DNA of 64,000 nt from Octopus vulgaris. Taxonomy: Eukaryota. How positions within the stretch are numbered: position 1 is the stretch's first letter; every line of letters starts with the position of its first letter. Made by a program: the position numbers and the translations under genes. The notes below the pieces were generated by a model, which saw nothing but the letters and a program-made list of their open reading frames with translations, had not been told where the DNA came from and searched no databases. Shown one piece after another: positions 38,569-53,257 of the stretch. The DNA lies in assembly GCA_951406725.2 (NCBI GenBank), contig OX597836.1, forward strand, positions 35,898,001 through 35,962,000, given 5' to 3'.

Positions 38569-39974
38569 TACACACACACACACACACACACAGCGTACAC
38601 ACATATGCACACACATACACACACATACACACACATACACACACATACATATATGTATGTATGTATGATTGTGTGAATATGTTTATATAGATATGTATGT
38701 ACATTTGAATATACACACACACATACAGACGCCAACATATATATCATATAATTCAACATGTGCATCCTTGAATACAGTCATGATTTTTCTCTCCATTTTC
38801 CCTCTCTCCATCTGCTTTCTCTCCTCATTCCTTTCTCTGGTAGAACCTAGGCACGAAACATCAAAGATGTCTTCGATTTTTCCTGAAAGGCATGATAATC
38901 CCACTTCATTGTTCTCTCAGTTGTATTTCTTTTTTTGATTTTTGTTTAATTTCGAATGTCTGGCTGTCTCTCTCTCTCTCTCTCTCTCACCCTCACTCTA
39001 TTTCTCCCCCTTTTTACTCTCTCTCTCTCTCCCTGTATATATATATATATATATATATGACTATATCTACATGTCTTAATATATTAAAGAGTTGTGTGTG
39101 TGTGTGAGTGTGTGTGTGTGTGCGTGTGTGTGTGCTGGTGTATGTTTGTGTGTATGTTCCTTATGGATTAGAAAACTGAGTTGCCGATTTTGATGTATGA
39201 GGTATCAAAACATTCGTTAATTTTTCGGCTACTAAATGAACTTTAATTTTTTATTTACATATTTGCATTACAAAAATTTACTATTATAATCTTCTCTACG
39301 ACGACGACGTCATATTTTCTATATGAGTTTGTACGTGTCTGTCAGTGTGTGAGTGTGTGTGTTTCGTTACGTACATCTTTAGGCCGATGACAGACAAGTA
39401 TATGTGATAGCATATGTGACGGTGTATATGTCTGCCAGTATATGCATATTTTTGTGACGACTGATACACACACACATACACATATCTGAAGACAGATGCA
39501 GACTCACAGAGGGACAGAGATAGGCCGGAGATGAGCGTGAATGTACGTCTGTGTTTGTCTTAATTATAATATGTATATGACTGTACTGCCCAACCGTGAA
39601 ACGCGCCAGTTTTGAAAGAATTTAGTGTAGTTGCGGCCTGGATGTTGAACGAACAACAGCGTCAATTTTGAAGCACCATGGTTTGGATTTTCTTTTTCAT
39701 CATGGTGAGTTGCGGTTTAAACAGCATTAACAATTATCACTGCTTAGGTACTGCAATATTATTTTGATTTTTATAACCGATACGAAGATTTCGCTGATTT
39801 GATAGCACTCACAACACTCGCAAATATATCTGAAAAAATATTATCCTGGTTATTATAACATATTCTGTAACATGGTGACGCAGAAAGTCTTAGAAATGTT
39901 ATTCCAGTCCTTATACCCAGTTTGAAGATAATACTTTTTTTCCGTTCGTTTCGTCTATAGTAAACTATAGTAAA

Positions 39975-42136
39975 GGACATTTTACGCCTTTTTAATAAGC
40001 ACACATCAAATGAAGTAGCCATGCACATGTATCGATATCAATTTCAGCAATACCTGTTTGATATATATGCTAATGGTGAGAAGCAGCGACTCCTCTGCAT
40101 TTGTAACAATCAAAAAATTTAAGGGCTAAAAATTATATACATTTGCAAGATCTTTTGAGGAGAGATGGTGATATTCAAAACATGGGGCAACTTATAAACC
40201 TCTCATTCAGGGGTAGTCCTCGATACATGCACGAACTATCACAATATGCTATGGCATATGCAGGACATATTTAAAACCAGATCTTTTTGTATCTTTTACT
40301 TGCAATCCTAAATGGGATTGAATAAAATATAACCTTCTTCTAATGTTGCATCTTCTATTACAGCTACTTTCCTCAATGGGGGAAAGAACTGCTCGTTCAG
40401 TGGTCAAGCTCCCTCTAAACATTGCAATGAAAGAATCTCAAATCTGCAACATTTCTAAAATCTCCTCAAAATGATAACAGGTCTCCAACAAACTTGCCTC
40501 CAGAGCTACTTGACCGCACCCTCCAAGACATAAAAACACGAGAGCTCGCTCATGGGAGGAGTAATAGTTGTTCTTGCAGGAGATATTCGCCAAACGTTGC
40601 AGATTATACCCAAAGGATAGAATGATGATGAGATCAATGCATCCTTCAAAAAACCGTATCTTTGGAGACGTGAAAAAACCCCATCTTACAAGCAACATAA
40701 GAGTACTTCTACAAGGTGGTCATACAAGATTCTGAAGAATGGTAATGGGATATTAACATTCAACTCACGACATCAGCTACATGAAATTACATGCGATTAA
40801 ATTATACATTCTCTTATGGATTTTATAGATTAAGTATTTCCTAATTTATCTGTCAATTACACTGATGTAAACTGGCTATGTGAAAGAGCTATACTAGTTC
40901 CAACTAATGGAGTAGTTGATAAACTCAATAATGAAATTCTTCAAACGTTAACAGATAGGCACAGGAGTGGCTGTGTGGTAAGTAGCTTGCTTACCAACCA
41001 CATGGTTCCGGGTTCAGTCCCACTGCGTGGCATCTTCGGCAAGTGTCTTCTGCTATAGCCTCACGCCGACCAATGCCTTGTGAGTGGATTTCGTAGACGG
41101 AAACTGAAAGAAGCCTGTCGTATATATGTATATATATATGTATTTGTGTGTATGTTTGCGTGTCTGTGTTTGTCCCCCTAGCATTGCTTGACAACCGATG
41201 CTGTTGTGTTTACGTCCCCGTCACTGAGCGGTTCGGCAAAAGAGACCAATAGAATAAGTACTGGTCTTATAAAGAATAAGTCCCGGGGTCGATTTGCTCG
41301 ACTGAAGGCGGTGCTCCAGCATGGCCACAGTCAAATGACTGAAACAAGTAAAAGAGTAAAGAGTAAAAGAGAGAGAGAGATACATCAGAATTGAATTTTC
41401 GATCAATTGTCAACAGCCGATCAAGATCAGGTTGTTCAATACCCTGTTGAATTCCTTGACATTCTTAAACCCAGCGCATAACTTGACACTCTTAAACACT
41501 CTTAAACCCAGCGCATAACTTGACACTCTTAAACACTCTTAAACTCAGCGCGTAACTGACACTAAAACTGGGTGTTCCCATTATGTTGCTTAGGAATCTT
41601 GACCATCTCACCTATGTAATGCAACTCGCGTAAATGTTACTTCCACGAGGCCCCATGTCCTACAGGCAACATTCATTACAAGTATTCACAAATGAAAAAA
41701 TGTCTTTATTCCAAAAATTCCTCTAACACCTAAAGATGTTCCATTTGAAATTAAGATGCTTTTGTTTCCAGTCAAACTAAGTTTTGGTATTTCAATTAAC
41801 AAACCTCCTGGTCATCCCTAAAGCTCGACGCACTTGATCCCTCTACTACATGCTTCTTCCATGGCCAACTCTATTTTGGTTGCTCCCGAGTTGCAAGCAG
41901 AAACAATTTATTCATTTCGACACCAACAAAAATTATACAATGAATATTGTTTACCCTGAGGTGCCTCAACATTGGCAGATTTTCAGGTCTAACTTCTTTT
42001 TATCATTAAAATTTGGATATTTTAAAATATAATGTAGATATTTTGAAATAATTATGAGAAAATATCTTTATGTTTATTGCTTACTAATCTGAATAAGAAC
42101 AGCTGAAACCCGGGCAACGCGGGGTCCTTCAGCTAG
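39975..42136 (+). mobile_element. Degenerate, internally deleted Helitron (Rep N-part + Pif1 helicase) with intact 3' terminus
   Basis: Rep: FQQYLFDIYA..RLL..NQK.LRAKNYIHLQD; GSPRYMHE..AMAY..PDLFVSFTCNPKW. Helicase: VASS.TATFLNGGRTA.S; MGGVIVVLAGDIRQTL; WLCERAILVPTN; QYPVEFL; LKLGVPIMLLRNLD; FPVKLSFGISINK; FHGQLYFGCSRV. Ends cccgggcaacgcgggg..agCTAG|t. Confidence 0.9.
40957..41375 (+). mobile_element. SINE family B nested in the Helitron helicase
   Basis: Consensus match; helicase homology resumes after it. Confidence 0.92.
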
Positions 42137-42138
42137 TA

Positions 42139-42323
42139 TACTCTTTTTACTCTTTTACTTGTTTCAGTCATTTGACTGCGGCCAACTCGACCCAGGGACT
42201 TATTCTTTGTAAGACCAGTACTTATTCTATCGGTCTCTTTTGCCGAACCGCTAAGTGACGGGGACGTAAACACACCAGCATCGGTTGTCAAGCAATGCTA
42301 GGGGGACAAACACAGACACACAA

Positions 42324-42358
<35 letters not shown>

Positions 42359-42529
42359 CATATATATGACAGGCTTCTTTCAGTTTCCGTCTACTAAATC
42401 CATTCACAAGGCATTGGTCGGCCCGGGGCTATAGCAGAAGACACTTGCCCAAGATGCCACGCAGTGGGACTGAACCCGGAACCATGTCGTTGGTTAGCAA
42501 GCTACTTACCACACGGCCACTCCTGCGCC
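42139..42529 (-). mobile_element. SINE family B
   Basis: rc consensus, immediately after the Helitron CTAG. Confidence 0.9.
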
Positions 42530-42647
42530 TCTATATCATATATAAATGTAACAGTTGTAAAATATAACAGTATTATATTTGACATGGTGCAAATATTATC
42601 TGGTATAGTAATAAGCTGGTTAGAGTGTGTGTATATACATATACATA

Positions 42648-42730
<83 letters not shown>

Positions 42731-42846
42731 AAGCAAAGAAATTTGTTTGCCTTCTCACATATCTTTGCCTTCTATTTTTACTCACTTTTCATTTCATTAT
42801 GACCTTGTCATTCTTCAATCTATCTATCTATCTATCTATCTATCGA

Positions 42847-42913
<67 letters not shown>

Positions 42914-42914
42914 A

Positions 42915-43008
<94 letters not shown>

Positions 43009-43868
43009 TATATACTTCATTTCGTTCAACGTTCCACGACTACGGAAGCAATAAATATCAACTCTTTATATAGCGTTCAGTTCAATCTCAGCATGTCGTG
43101 ATGGATACGCTGTGAACTACGTGAAGGAAGGGCAACTTTCTGGTATATTGTATTTAAACGTAGCTCGAACGAAACACCGCCAATATAACTGAAATCTTTT
43201 CATTGAATCACTGCAATATATTTGCTCGGCCAGAAAGCCAAAGGTCTGACAGTCTATTGTGTTTTAAGTGATGTTTTTGCTGTATTGTATCAAAAGCTAT
43301 GGTGTGTCGTCTCATATAATTGAGATTTCACTCTAATTAGCTAGCCTAAGAGTCCTGAGGATTATTGAGAACTGACATAAATATGAAATCATTGTGAATA
43401 TTCCTGCATTTATTAGGTCTGAATGTTTCTCTAATTTCAGCGTACAGCGTCAACGTCAATAACAGACATCGCAAAAACTAGCTTGGAAGAAAACAAATGT
43501 AGAAATGTAGATACAGATAGTTATATCGAAAATAAACGCTAAGAAATACTTAATGGCAAGATGTAGTATTGTACATCAACTAGTTTACATCTAGATGTAT
43601 GTATGTATGTATGTATGTATGTATGTATGTATGTATGTATGTATGTATGTATGTATGCATGTATGTATATATGTGTATAAACAGACACAGACATACATAT
43701 ACATACATTCATGGGTGGGTGTGTGGTAAGTAACCTGCTTATCAACCACATGGTTCCGGGTTAAGTCCCACTGCGTGGCACTTCGGGCAACTGTCTTCTA
43801 CTCTTGCCTCAGGCCGGGCAAAGCCCTGTGAGTGGATTTGGTAGAAGGAAACTGAAAGAAGTCCGTCG

Positions 43869-43917
<49 letters not shown>

Positions 43918-44599
43918 ATGTGCGTGTGTGCATGTGTGTCTGTGCGTGAGAGAGAGAGAGATATATATAGAATGAAAGAAGGTGTGTGTTGTTATGCATG
44001 TATTTTTGCATATATGTGTAAGTGGCACTGACTTGCTTTCTCTCTCTCTCTCTCTCACTCTCTCTCTTTCTCTTTCTCTCTGTCACACACACACTATCTT
44101 TCATATGCACGTACATAAATACACATGCATACATCATTTGTGTATCTATGTGTGTGTGTCTATGTGAGAGAAAACGTGAGCATCTGCCTTTCTTCATAAT
44201 ATATAGCGAAATGGATATATTTTAAAGTACACACTCACAAAGAAAATGAAGTTGTCGTCGTGGTATAAAATGTCATTTAGGAATGTCGGATTATAGAAAT
44301 ACCATGAATGGAAATAAATGGTGTCCAAGCCTAGTATTGTTGAAGGAGGGGTGAGTCGGGTCACTTGACTCTAGTACTGAACTGCTATTGGTTTTATCCT
44401 CTCCGGAAGGATGCGAAACAATTTTGACCTCGGCGGAATTTGATATCAGAACGTACAGACGGACGAAATGCCGCAAATCACTTGACCCGACCGGCTAACG
44501 ATTCCGCCAGTTCAGCGTCTCAGGGTAACACAATTTCGCAATATATTTTCTGCGACGCTCTAAGGTTCCTTGCAACTTATAATTCTATTGGTTTCTAAT

Positions 44600-45058
44600 C
44601 CTTTCTACCACAGGCACAAGGCCTGAAATTTGGGAGAGGGGCATAGCCAATTACATCGACCCCCCCACCCCACCCGTAAAGCTAAAAGCAAAGTCGACTT
44701 CGGCGGAATATGAACTCAGAACGGATAGCGGCAGACGAAATACCTATTTTTTTACTACCCACATGGGGCTAAACCCAGAGGTGACAAACAAAGACAAATA
44801 AACGGATTAAGTCGATTATATCGACCCCAGTGCGTAACTGCTACTTAATTTATCGACCCCGAAAGGATGAAAGGCAAAGTCGACCTCGGGGGAATTTGAA
44901 CTTAGAACATAGCGGCAGACGAAATACCTATTTCTTTACTACCCACAAGGGGCTAAACACAGGGAGCACAAACAAGGACAGACAAACGGATTAAGCCGAT
45001 TATATCGACCCCTACGCATTTCGCCCGGCGTGCTAATGTTTCTGCCAACTCGCCGCCT
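44600..45058 (-). mobile_element. SINE family A multimer (partial trimer)
   Basis: Junction gacgaaatacctattt occurs twice (~44735 and ~44918). Confidence 0.85.
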
Positions 45059-45779
45059 TTGTATTGGTTTTTAATAATAATTGAAATTTGAGTAGAAGCC
45101 GGAGTCGGTTTAAATCAAACTCAGTGCAGGTTGGTTCATATTTTATTAATACAGGGATGGATGTAAGGATTATCGACTTTAGTTGGGTTCGAAATCAGAA
45201 TATACAATTCCGTAACTAAACACTGCCAGGTCTGACAAATTTACGAATTTTCCCATAGTTAATTACATCACAATGTGTCTAGTTGACCATTTCAATATAT
45301 ATATACATGTGTGTATGTAAGCGTGTAAGTATGTCGATACAAATATGTAAGCATGTATGTAGGTATATATATATACTGCTGTGTTTGTGTGTATGTGTGG
45401 GTGTTTGTGTGACTCTGTGTGCGTGTGGGTGTTAAAGAAGAGAGAGTTACTTCAGACCTTACCGTAAAAAATTAGACCGTTTAAATACATCCGACTGTTC
45501 TGGCTTAATATAGAGATATTGCTGGATTACCCGTACAGGAATGACAGCCACGTTTCACTTTAGCAAATTATTCTCGTGAATTACGCACATAGAATACAGA
45601 GTGCAGCTGCTTTAGATCAGGAAATTAGATTTAGATGGAGATTTCATGATTGTGTGTGGCTCCTTAAGATATTTCGTTGCCAACCAAATAATACAGAACA
45701 TAACGAAAATCAATGCAAAATCTGTGTGAACAATTATTACAGAGCACACAGCAGATGCAGATGTGTGCATCTATGTATG

Positions 45780-45850
<71 letters not shown>

Positions 45851-45901
45851 CTGTGGAGTTTCTATGTGTATGCTTGTGTATATATGAACATACGTACGGT
45901 G

Positions 45902-45962
<61 letters not shown>

Positions 45963-46073
45963 GTATATATATGTATGTATATATATATATATATATGTAT
46001 ATATATGTATATATATATATATGCATATATATATACATATACATATATATATACATATATATATGTATGTGGC

Positions 46074-46109
<36 letters not shown>

Positions 46110-46157
46110 TATATATATATATGCATATGTATTTATATATAAATATATATGTATAAC

Positions 46158-46215
<58 letters not shown>

Positions 46216-46741
46216 ACGCACAAACACATATACATATACATATATGTTTTGAGAATGAGAGAGAGAAAAACAGAAAGAAAAGGGCAGAAAGATGAAGAGA
46301 AAGACAGAGAAAGGGAGAGAGGGAGGGAGGTAAAGATAGGGATAGAGAGAGAGAGAGAGACCGGCAGAAAGCTCACTTTTTATATTGAACATTCTTCGAG
46401 ACACAAATATATATAACTAACAGAATTCTTTCGATTTCGTTGCAATTTCCTTTTTGAAACGGAGTAAGAAAATGCTTTTAGGCTTAATATCATTTCTCTA
46501 TAACAATACTTCCATACTTTTTGTCCATTTGATATTATCTGTTTCGTATTTTCTCCCCCCCACCTTTTTTTTTTACAAAAATTGCCTTCTCTCTGTTTGC
46601 CTGCAAGTTGCCTGGAATTTCCTGTGCTGTTTAATAATCAATATTGACGTTTGTGATTCAAAATAGAATAGTTTTCACTAACAATTATATACGTTCGTTT
46701 ATTCAGATATCAAACAAAAGCCGTAGACTTTCAGCTAAGGC

Positions 46742-46782
<41 letters not shown>

Positions 46783-46987
46783 TCGTTTATCTATTTATTT
46801 CTGTTGAACGGGCTGCTGTTTCCATTTTATTATGGATAAATGGACATTGGATGGGAAATGCAATGCATAATGGTATTTTGAAATAAACAACAAATCGTAT
46901 CCACCTGAGGCTCCAATATCAATATCAATATAACAATATCAACATATATACACGTTTATATATGTATATATATATATCAATAAATAA

Positions 46988-47068
<81 letters not shown>

Positions 47069-47206
47069 CATATATATGTATATACACACACACACATATA
47101 TATACATATATATAATATATATATATACATACATGTATATATATATAATATATATATATATACATACATGTATATATATAAACTCTCTACCTTATTCTCT
47201 TTCTCC

Positions 47207-47240
<34 letters not shown>

Positions 47241-47660
47241 GCATATATGTACATATATGTATGTATATATACGTGTATATGTGTGCGCGTATGCACGCGC
47301 ATGGATAGACATTATTATATTGTACTGCTGTTGTTATTTTAATTGATATTATTATCAATGATAATAATTATTATTTCCAATTTTGACAGATGGCTAGCAA
47401 TCTGCGGGGCCGTGGATTTGCTGTGAAAATCGACCTCAGTTCTCAACTGGTACTTATTTAATGAACCTCGAAACGATGATAGGCAAAATCAAACTCAGCG
47501 GAGTCTGAACTCGGAATATGAAGAGGGGGAAAACGCTGCTCTGCATTATTTTCACTATAGCAGCAAGGTTTCAAATTGGGGCATGTCAATTTCCAAGACC
47601 CCAGCATGAAAGCGATTTTATCGACACTGAAAGCAGGAAAGTCAGTGACGATCTGAAAGC

Positions 47661-47719
<59 letters not shown>

Positions 47720-47868
47720 GAATGAAGAAGAAGAAGAAGAAGAAGAAGAAGAAGAAGAAGAAGAAGAAGAAGAAGAAGAAGAAGAAGAAGAAGAAGAAGA
47801 AGAAGGAGAAGAAGAAGAAGAAGGAGAAGAAGAAGAAGAAGAAGAAGAAGAAGGAGAAGAAGAAGAAG
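47661..47868. repeat. (AAT)n followed by (AAG)n
   Basis: Direct inspection. Confidence 0.98.
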
Positions 47869-48272
47869 AGATCATGAAATAGAAATCAGGAAAATGTGGA
47901 ACATGCAGGCTAAAACAATACCTGATGTCATAGGTGCCCTGGGAATGATAGCAAAAGGGGCTGATTGCTACCTATCTCAGATACCAGGAAACCCCAAAAT
48001 GGCAAAAATGCAAAAGAGTGTGCTCATGGGAATTGCTCATATCCTACGCAAAATACTTTCTATGTAATCTCAAGTTTTAAAACAAACAATTTTCTTATGG
48101 TTTTTTAGACATTCACTAGTACAACACTAGGTACAAAACCAAATATATGGTACCCTAAGCATAACACCAACATGAACTTCTAACTTGTGGTCTCCTGAGG
48201 TCCCTGGGTGAGACTTGGAGCCAGCTTGTGCAAATGTAAATCAAAAGTCAAACATTTAATAATAATAATAAT

Positions 48273-48350
<78 letters not shown>
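47868..48350 (+). mobile_element. R4/Dong-clade LINE 3' end with (AAT)n tail
   Basis: RDHEIEIRKMWNMQAKTIPDVIGALGMIAKG..QKSVLMGIAHILRKILSM*, then 3'UTR and (AAT)n. Confidence 0.88.
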
Positions 48351-49257
48351 CGAAAGTTGTTGATTAGCGCTTGTCCGGCGAGGAAAGTGTCTACCTTCAG
48401 TCCTTCCATTCTGGTCCAGCACACTTCCTGATACGCCATTGCTACCAGAGAGAAAGCGGCAGGGTGCTCCTCACGACAGACTTGGCTGACACACAAATCC
48501 GGGCCACACTCGATACCAACTGTTCAACAAAGATCCACAAGTCAGCAGTGTCCAGACACTGGTTGAGTGCATACAGAACGGTTTCATCGCTCTGAGGTCA
48601 TCTTGAATATACCCTTCTTATTTCTTTACTGCCCAGAAGGGGTTACACATAGATGGGGACAAACAAGGACAGACAAATAGATTAAGTCGATTATATCGAC
48701 CCCAGTACGTAAAAGATGAAAGGTAAAGTCGACCTCGGCGGAATTTGAACTCAGAACGTATAGCGGCAGACGAAATACCTAGTTCTTTACTGCCCACAAG
48801 GGGCTACAGACTTGTTTGATCGTTGAGCTCCGATTGCTTGTATGCAAATGAGGTCATACCGGGGGTCTGGAACTCTCGCAGGGAAAACAATTTCGCTGCC
48901 CCGCTACAAACACAAATCAAATGTCCAACTTCCAACGATCGCATTACTCAACTGGCTGAGGGCTGTAATCGCTGACCAACAGTCCACATGCCATGCACAC
49001 TGTCACGATCATATATCATATCTCTGTTTTCAACTTTCCTTAAATACAGGAACACTTTGTCTTTTTTTATTATTTGTTTTAATAAATGTGTGGCGGTAAT
49101 GCTAGGGTACCGCGTTGAAAGTTTTACCCGAACAAATCAACCCTAGCACTCTTCAGGTCTTGTACTTGTTCTACCCGTCTGTATAGACGAACCAAATTAT
49201 GTAGAAATAGACCACGGTGGCTATCAAGCGGATAAACATAAACACACACGCGCCTAT

Positions 49258-49336
<79 letters not shown>

Positions 49337-49344
49337 AATAATGT

Positions 49345-50262
49345 TGTTAGGACGGGCGCTCAACTCGACTCAGGACCCCAAATCGGCTACGACGTCTACG
49401 CTCAGTCAAACGGAAATCCACCATAGAGAGCGGAGATGGACAGCGAACGCAAACCAGTAACCGGAGACGACAACAACAAAAGCGTGAGACAGACAGCGAA
49501 AGGCAGTTGCTTACATTTAACAATTTATATAATTTTACAACATCAATTGAAACATTTCAAGTACATTTAAAAACAAGGTTAACAGACATTTAACAATTTG
49601 TAACTTTACAAAATCAATCAAACGTAGTACCGAGTTAAAAACAATCAATTGGTTGACATGCAACACAACACAGAATCACAACAAAGTCTTTCTCTTTCCT
49701 TAATGTTCTTTTCTCTCTCTTCTTTTAGAGACACAGAAAGTTCGTTCTCAATTTTCTTTAAACATTTACATGTTCTTTTTTTTTCTTAAACAGATTACAC
49801 GTTCTTTTTACAGAGTCTCTTTTTCAAACATCATAATTCAACATTAAAGTCCAAACACAAATCGAAACATAAACAACAATACCGAATGTTTCTGAACTCG
49901 CTATAGCAGTCCAGCTTCTTCGCATGTCATCTTCTTTCTAACTCTCGCCTGTCAATTTCTCATATTCTCTGCCCGTCTTCCTCGCCTCTTGCAAACTGTC
50001 ATCTCCTGACTGGCTGTCTGCATCGACTCGCTGTCCCAACCGAACTCTTTTCCGGCCCCTCTAACACCAGTTCGTCGCATTTTAAAGGGTGGTATTTTTT
50101 CAACTTTCCCTGACCGTGTAAGGGTCAGAGGTACTTCCTAAACTCATTAATTTTAATCTTGCCGTTGACAAGACAAAGAACCATTATTTTTTTCCCCGTC
50201 GGTTCGAATCCAACCAACGGAACTAGGGCATAGCGTTTTTCCGTTTATTCATCTCCGTAAAA
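49345..50262 (-). mobile_element. Probable solo LTR in (TA)n
   Basis: ~920-bp complex non-coding block. Minus-strand ends tTTTACGGAG...GTCCTAACA approximate TG...CA with short terminal inverted similarity. No TSD verified. Confidence 0.45.
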
Positions 50263-50275
50263 ATATATATATATT

Positions 50276-50324
<49 letters not shown>

Positions 50325-50330
<6 letters not shown>

Positions 50331-50636
50331 CTTTACTACCCACAAGGTGCCAAACACAGAGGGGACAAACAAGGACAAACAAACGGATTAAGTCGATTAT
50401 ATCGTTCCCAGTGCACGACTGATACTTAATTTATCGACCCCGAAAGGATGAAAGGCTAAGTCGACCTCGCCGGAATTTGAACTCAGAACGTAACGACAGA
50501 CGAAATACGGCTACGCATTTTGCCTGCTCACTTAGCCAGCGGGGTGGCATCATTGAAGGCTAAAACCATGCGAAGCGCATTGTGACCAGCGATGTGTAGC
50601 AACATCTGATGGCCGGTCGGTCACGTAATCACGTGA
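50325..50636. mobile_element. SINE A (minus, 50325-50521) fused to SINE C tail 2 (plus, 50522-50636)
   Basis: Abrupt switch gctacgcatttt|gcctgctcacttagccagcgggg. Confidence 0.8.
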
Positions 50637-50653
50637 TATATATATATATACAT

Positions 50654-50708
<55 letters not shown>

Positions 50709-51690
50709 TGCATATATGGGTACAAGACGTCACCAACAGTAAACAACATTAAATACGAAAACAAATGAGTTCAATTTGTTGAACAAAGAGAAAATGGAAA
50801 ACAGGACAAGAACGACCCTTCATCAGTTGTCATATATTTGTATATATATGTACATATATAACATGTAAGTCTATATGTGTATGTGTATGTATGTATACGA
50901 CAGGCGTTCACACAACTTCTCTCTACCTAATTCACTGACTGACAAATCTCTAGTCAACTAGGGGTTTCAGTGGTACATAACAGTTTCCCAACGCGCTGCG
51001 CAGGGAAACGGACCCCAGTACTACATGATGGTAAAACTAGCATCTTAACCACACTGGCTTGATTGTATCTATAGTTCTTCTTACAATATATAGATAATGC
51101 AATATTGTAGCAAAACAAAACAACTTTAGTTCGGCTGTAATATAATATATTGTTTGTTTAAACTACGTTCTGTGGATTTCATATTTATTAATGTCGATGC
51201 CTTTGGTAACTTATTCTAATAGTGGTTAGTTTGACGTAAACAGAGATACATGTTGCTATTCATGTTATGAATGATTTGGTTTTCTCTTATTCAATTTATA
51301 TAAAATGCATATGTAATGTATATATATGCAATTGCTCTGTTTCTATTTCTTTAATAGATGTTGTATCTGATGCACCTGCTGCGAAGAATTGTATTTCTAT
51401 GTTAATTAGCATTTAGTCTACGTATCAGGCATTTTCAAAGACACACACACACTTATACATACATACATACATACATACATACATACATACATACATACAT
51501 ACATACATGCATACATACATACACGCATACACCCGTATGTTTATATATCACAATATAAACAGAGTTAGCTGTTGTAGTAACCAACTAAGGGATAAAATAT
51601 CCGTATATACTATCAGTATCCGTTACCTGTGTTAACCGCGGGCAACAGTGTGCAAAGATGCCATATACGTCGAGCGTATATATACGTACA

Positions 51691-51920
51691 AGGCGAGCTG
51701 GCAGAAACGTTAGCACACCGGGCGAAATGCGTAGCCGTATTTCGTCTGCCGTTACGTTCTGAGTTCAAATTCCGCCGAGATCGACTTTGCCTTTCATCCT
51801 TTCGGGGTCGATAATTTAAGTAGCAGTTACGCACTGGAGTTGATATAATCGACTTAATTTGTTTGTCTGTCCTTGTTTGTCCACTCTGTGTTTAGCCCCT
51901 TGCGGGTAGTAAAGAAATAA
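51691..51920 (+). mobile_element. SINE family A
   Basis: Consensus match. Confidence 0.9.
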
Positions 51921-52240
51921 AAAACAGGGATAAACAAACGTTTATCAAGAGCCAATGCAAATAATTAGAAAATGGAGAAAAACAGATAAACCATCGCATC
52001 GATAGGACTACAATTTAAAGCACATTTATTGATACAATGCAAGACATTACAAATTTGACAGCTGTTTCTGTTTAAAATACCTAAATGCAGTATCTGCATA
52101 AATGCGAAAATAAAATTCTTCATCTTCATATGGTATTCGAATTAAGGGAACAGATCTTCATGAGAGTGAAAAGCAATTGCATACAATATAAACAAATGGA
52201 AGAAGGAAAAGGGAAGAAAACATGGTATAGACAAAATTAA

Positions 52241-52470
52241 AGCGGCGAGCTGGCAGAAACGTTAGCACGCCGGGCGAAATGCTTAGCGGTATTTCGTCTG
52301 CGTTACGTTGTGAGTTCAAATTCCGCCGAGGTCGACTTTGCCTTTCATCCTTTCGGGGTCGATAAATTAAGTACCAGTTACGCACTGGGGTCGATATAAT
52401 CGACTTAATACCTATGTCTGTCCTTGTTTGTCCCCTCTGTGTTTAGCCCCCCGTGGGTAATAAAGAAATA
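52241..52470 (+). mobile_element. SINE family A
   Basis: Consensus match; flanking direct repeat ggtatagacaaaa. Confidence 0.92.
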
Positions 52471-53216
52471 GGTATAGACAAAAGGAATAGAAGCTCAATA
52501 TGTTAAATGCACAGAGTTATATGCCATTTAATTCCACGTAGCAATTGACATATGCAGCGAGCTTGCAGACTCATTAGCAAATGGGATACAATGCTTAGCG
52601 GTATTTCGTCCTGCTCTTTACGACTTAGGTTCCAATCATGCCGATGTCGAGTTTGTCATTCATGTTTTTGGGGTCGAAAAAATAAAGTAGCAGTCACGTA
52701 CTGAGGTCGAATTCCCTTGTCCCCTATCCTCAATACTGTCCCTAATTTTGACACAATGCCAGAAATTTTGAAAGACGAGTTAAGTCTATACCATCGATCC
52801 AAATACTTGATCGGTACTTTCTTCCATCAACCGCAAAATGATGATAAATATAAGGGTGGTTGACCTCGTGGGTACTGGAAATCAGAATGCAAATGGCCGG
52901 AAGAAATGCCACTAAGTATTTTTTTCCGGCACGCTAGATACTGTGCAAGCTCCCCGCCTTCTTCAAATTCAATGGCAACTGACCGACATCGCTTTCAGAG
53001 AAAATCTTGTGATCTCGGTAACTTATACGCCATGGAAACTTAATAACCGGTTTTATGAGTCCTATGGCTAAACAAAGAATAGAAATAGCTGTTCTGCCTA
53101 CTGCAACAAAGGAAGACGCTTATCAATTCCTTAGTGGTTTCCCTTACACTGCTTTATTACAATATATATACTGTTCATATTAGTCAGCCTGCTGATATCA
53201 TCTTCATTGTTGATTT

Positions 53217-53257
53217 CACTACGTTTCGGCTGTTGTGCCCTCCGCCTTCTTCAGGTG
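53217..53257 (-). ncRNA. Minimal type I hammerhead ribozyme (Penelope-type)
   Basis: rc: cac CTGAAGA a ggc-ggagggcacaaca-gcc GAAAC GTA gtg. Stem I cac/gtg, stem II ggc/gcc, loopless palindromic stem III. Confidence 0.6.

Noticed and set aside
41456-41560. CRISPR-like 27-38-bp direct repeats
   Set aside because: No unique spacers; a local tandem duplication in a dead Helitron, in a eukaryotic context.
48351-48600. GC-richer block after (AAT)n with short ORFs
   Set aside because: No recognisable motif; probably a retroelement fragment, unassignable without a search.
52057-52130. Hammerhead (rc ATGAAGA...GAAACagctGTC)
   Set aside because: The 3' half is typical but C3 is mutated and stems I/II are unconvincing; at best a decayed relic.
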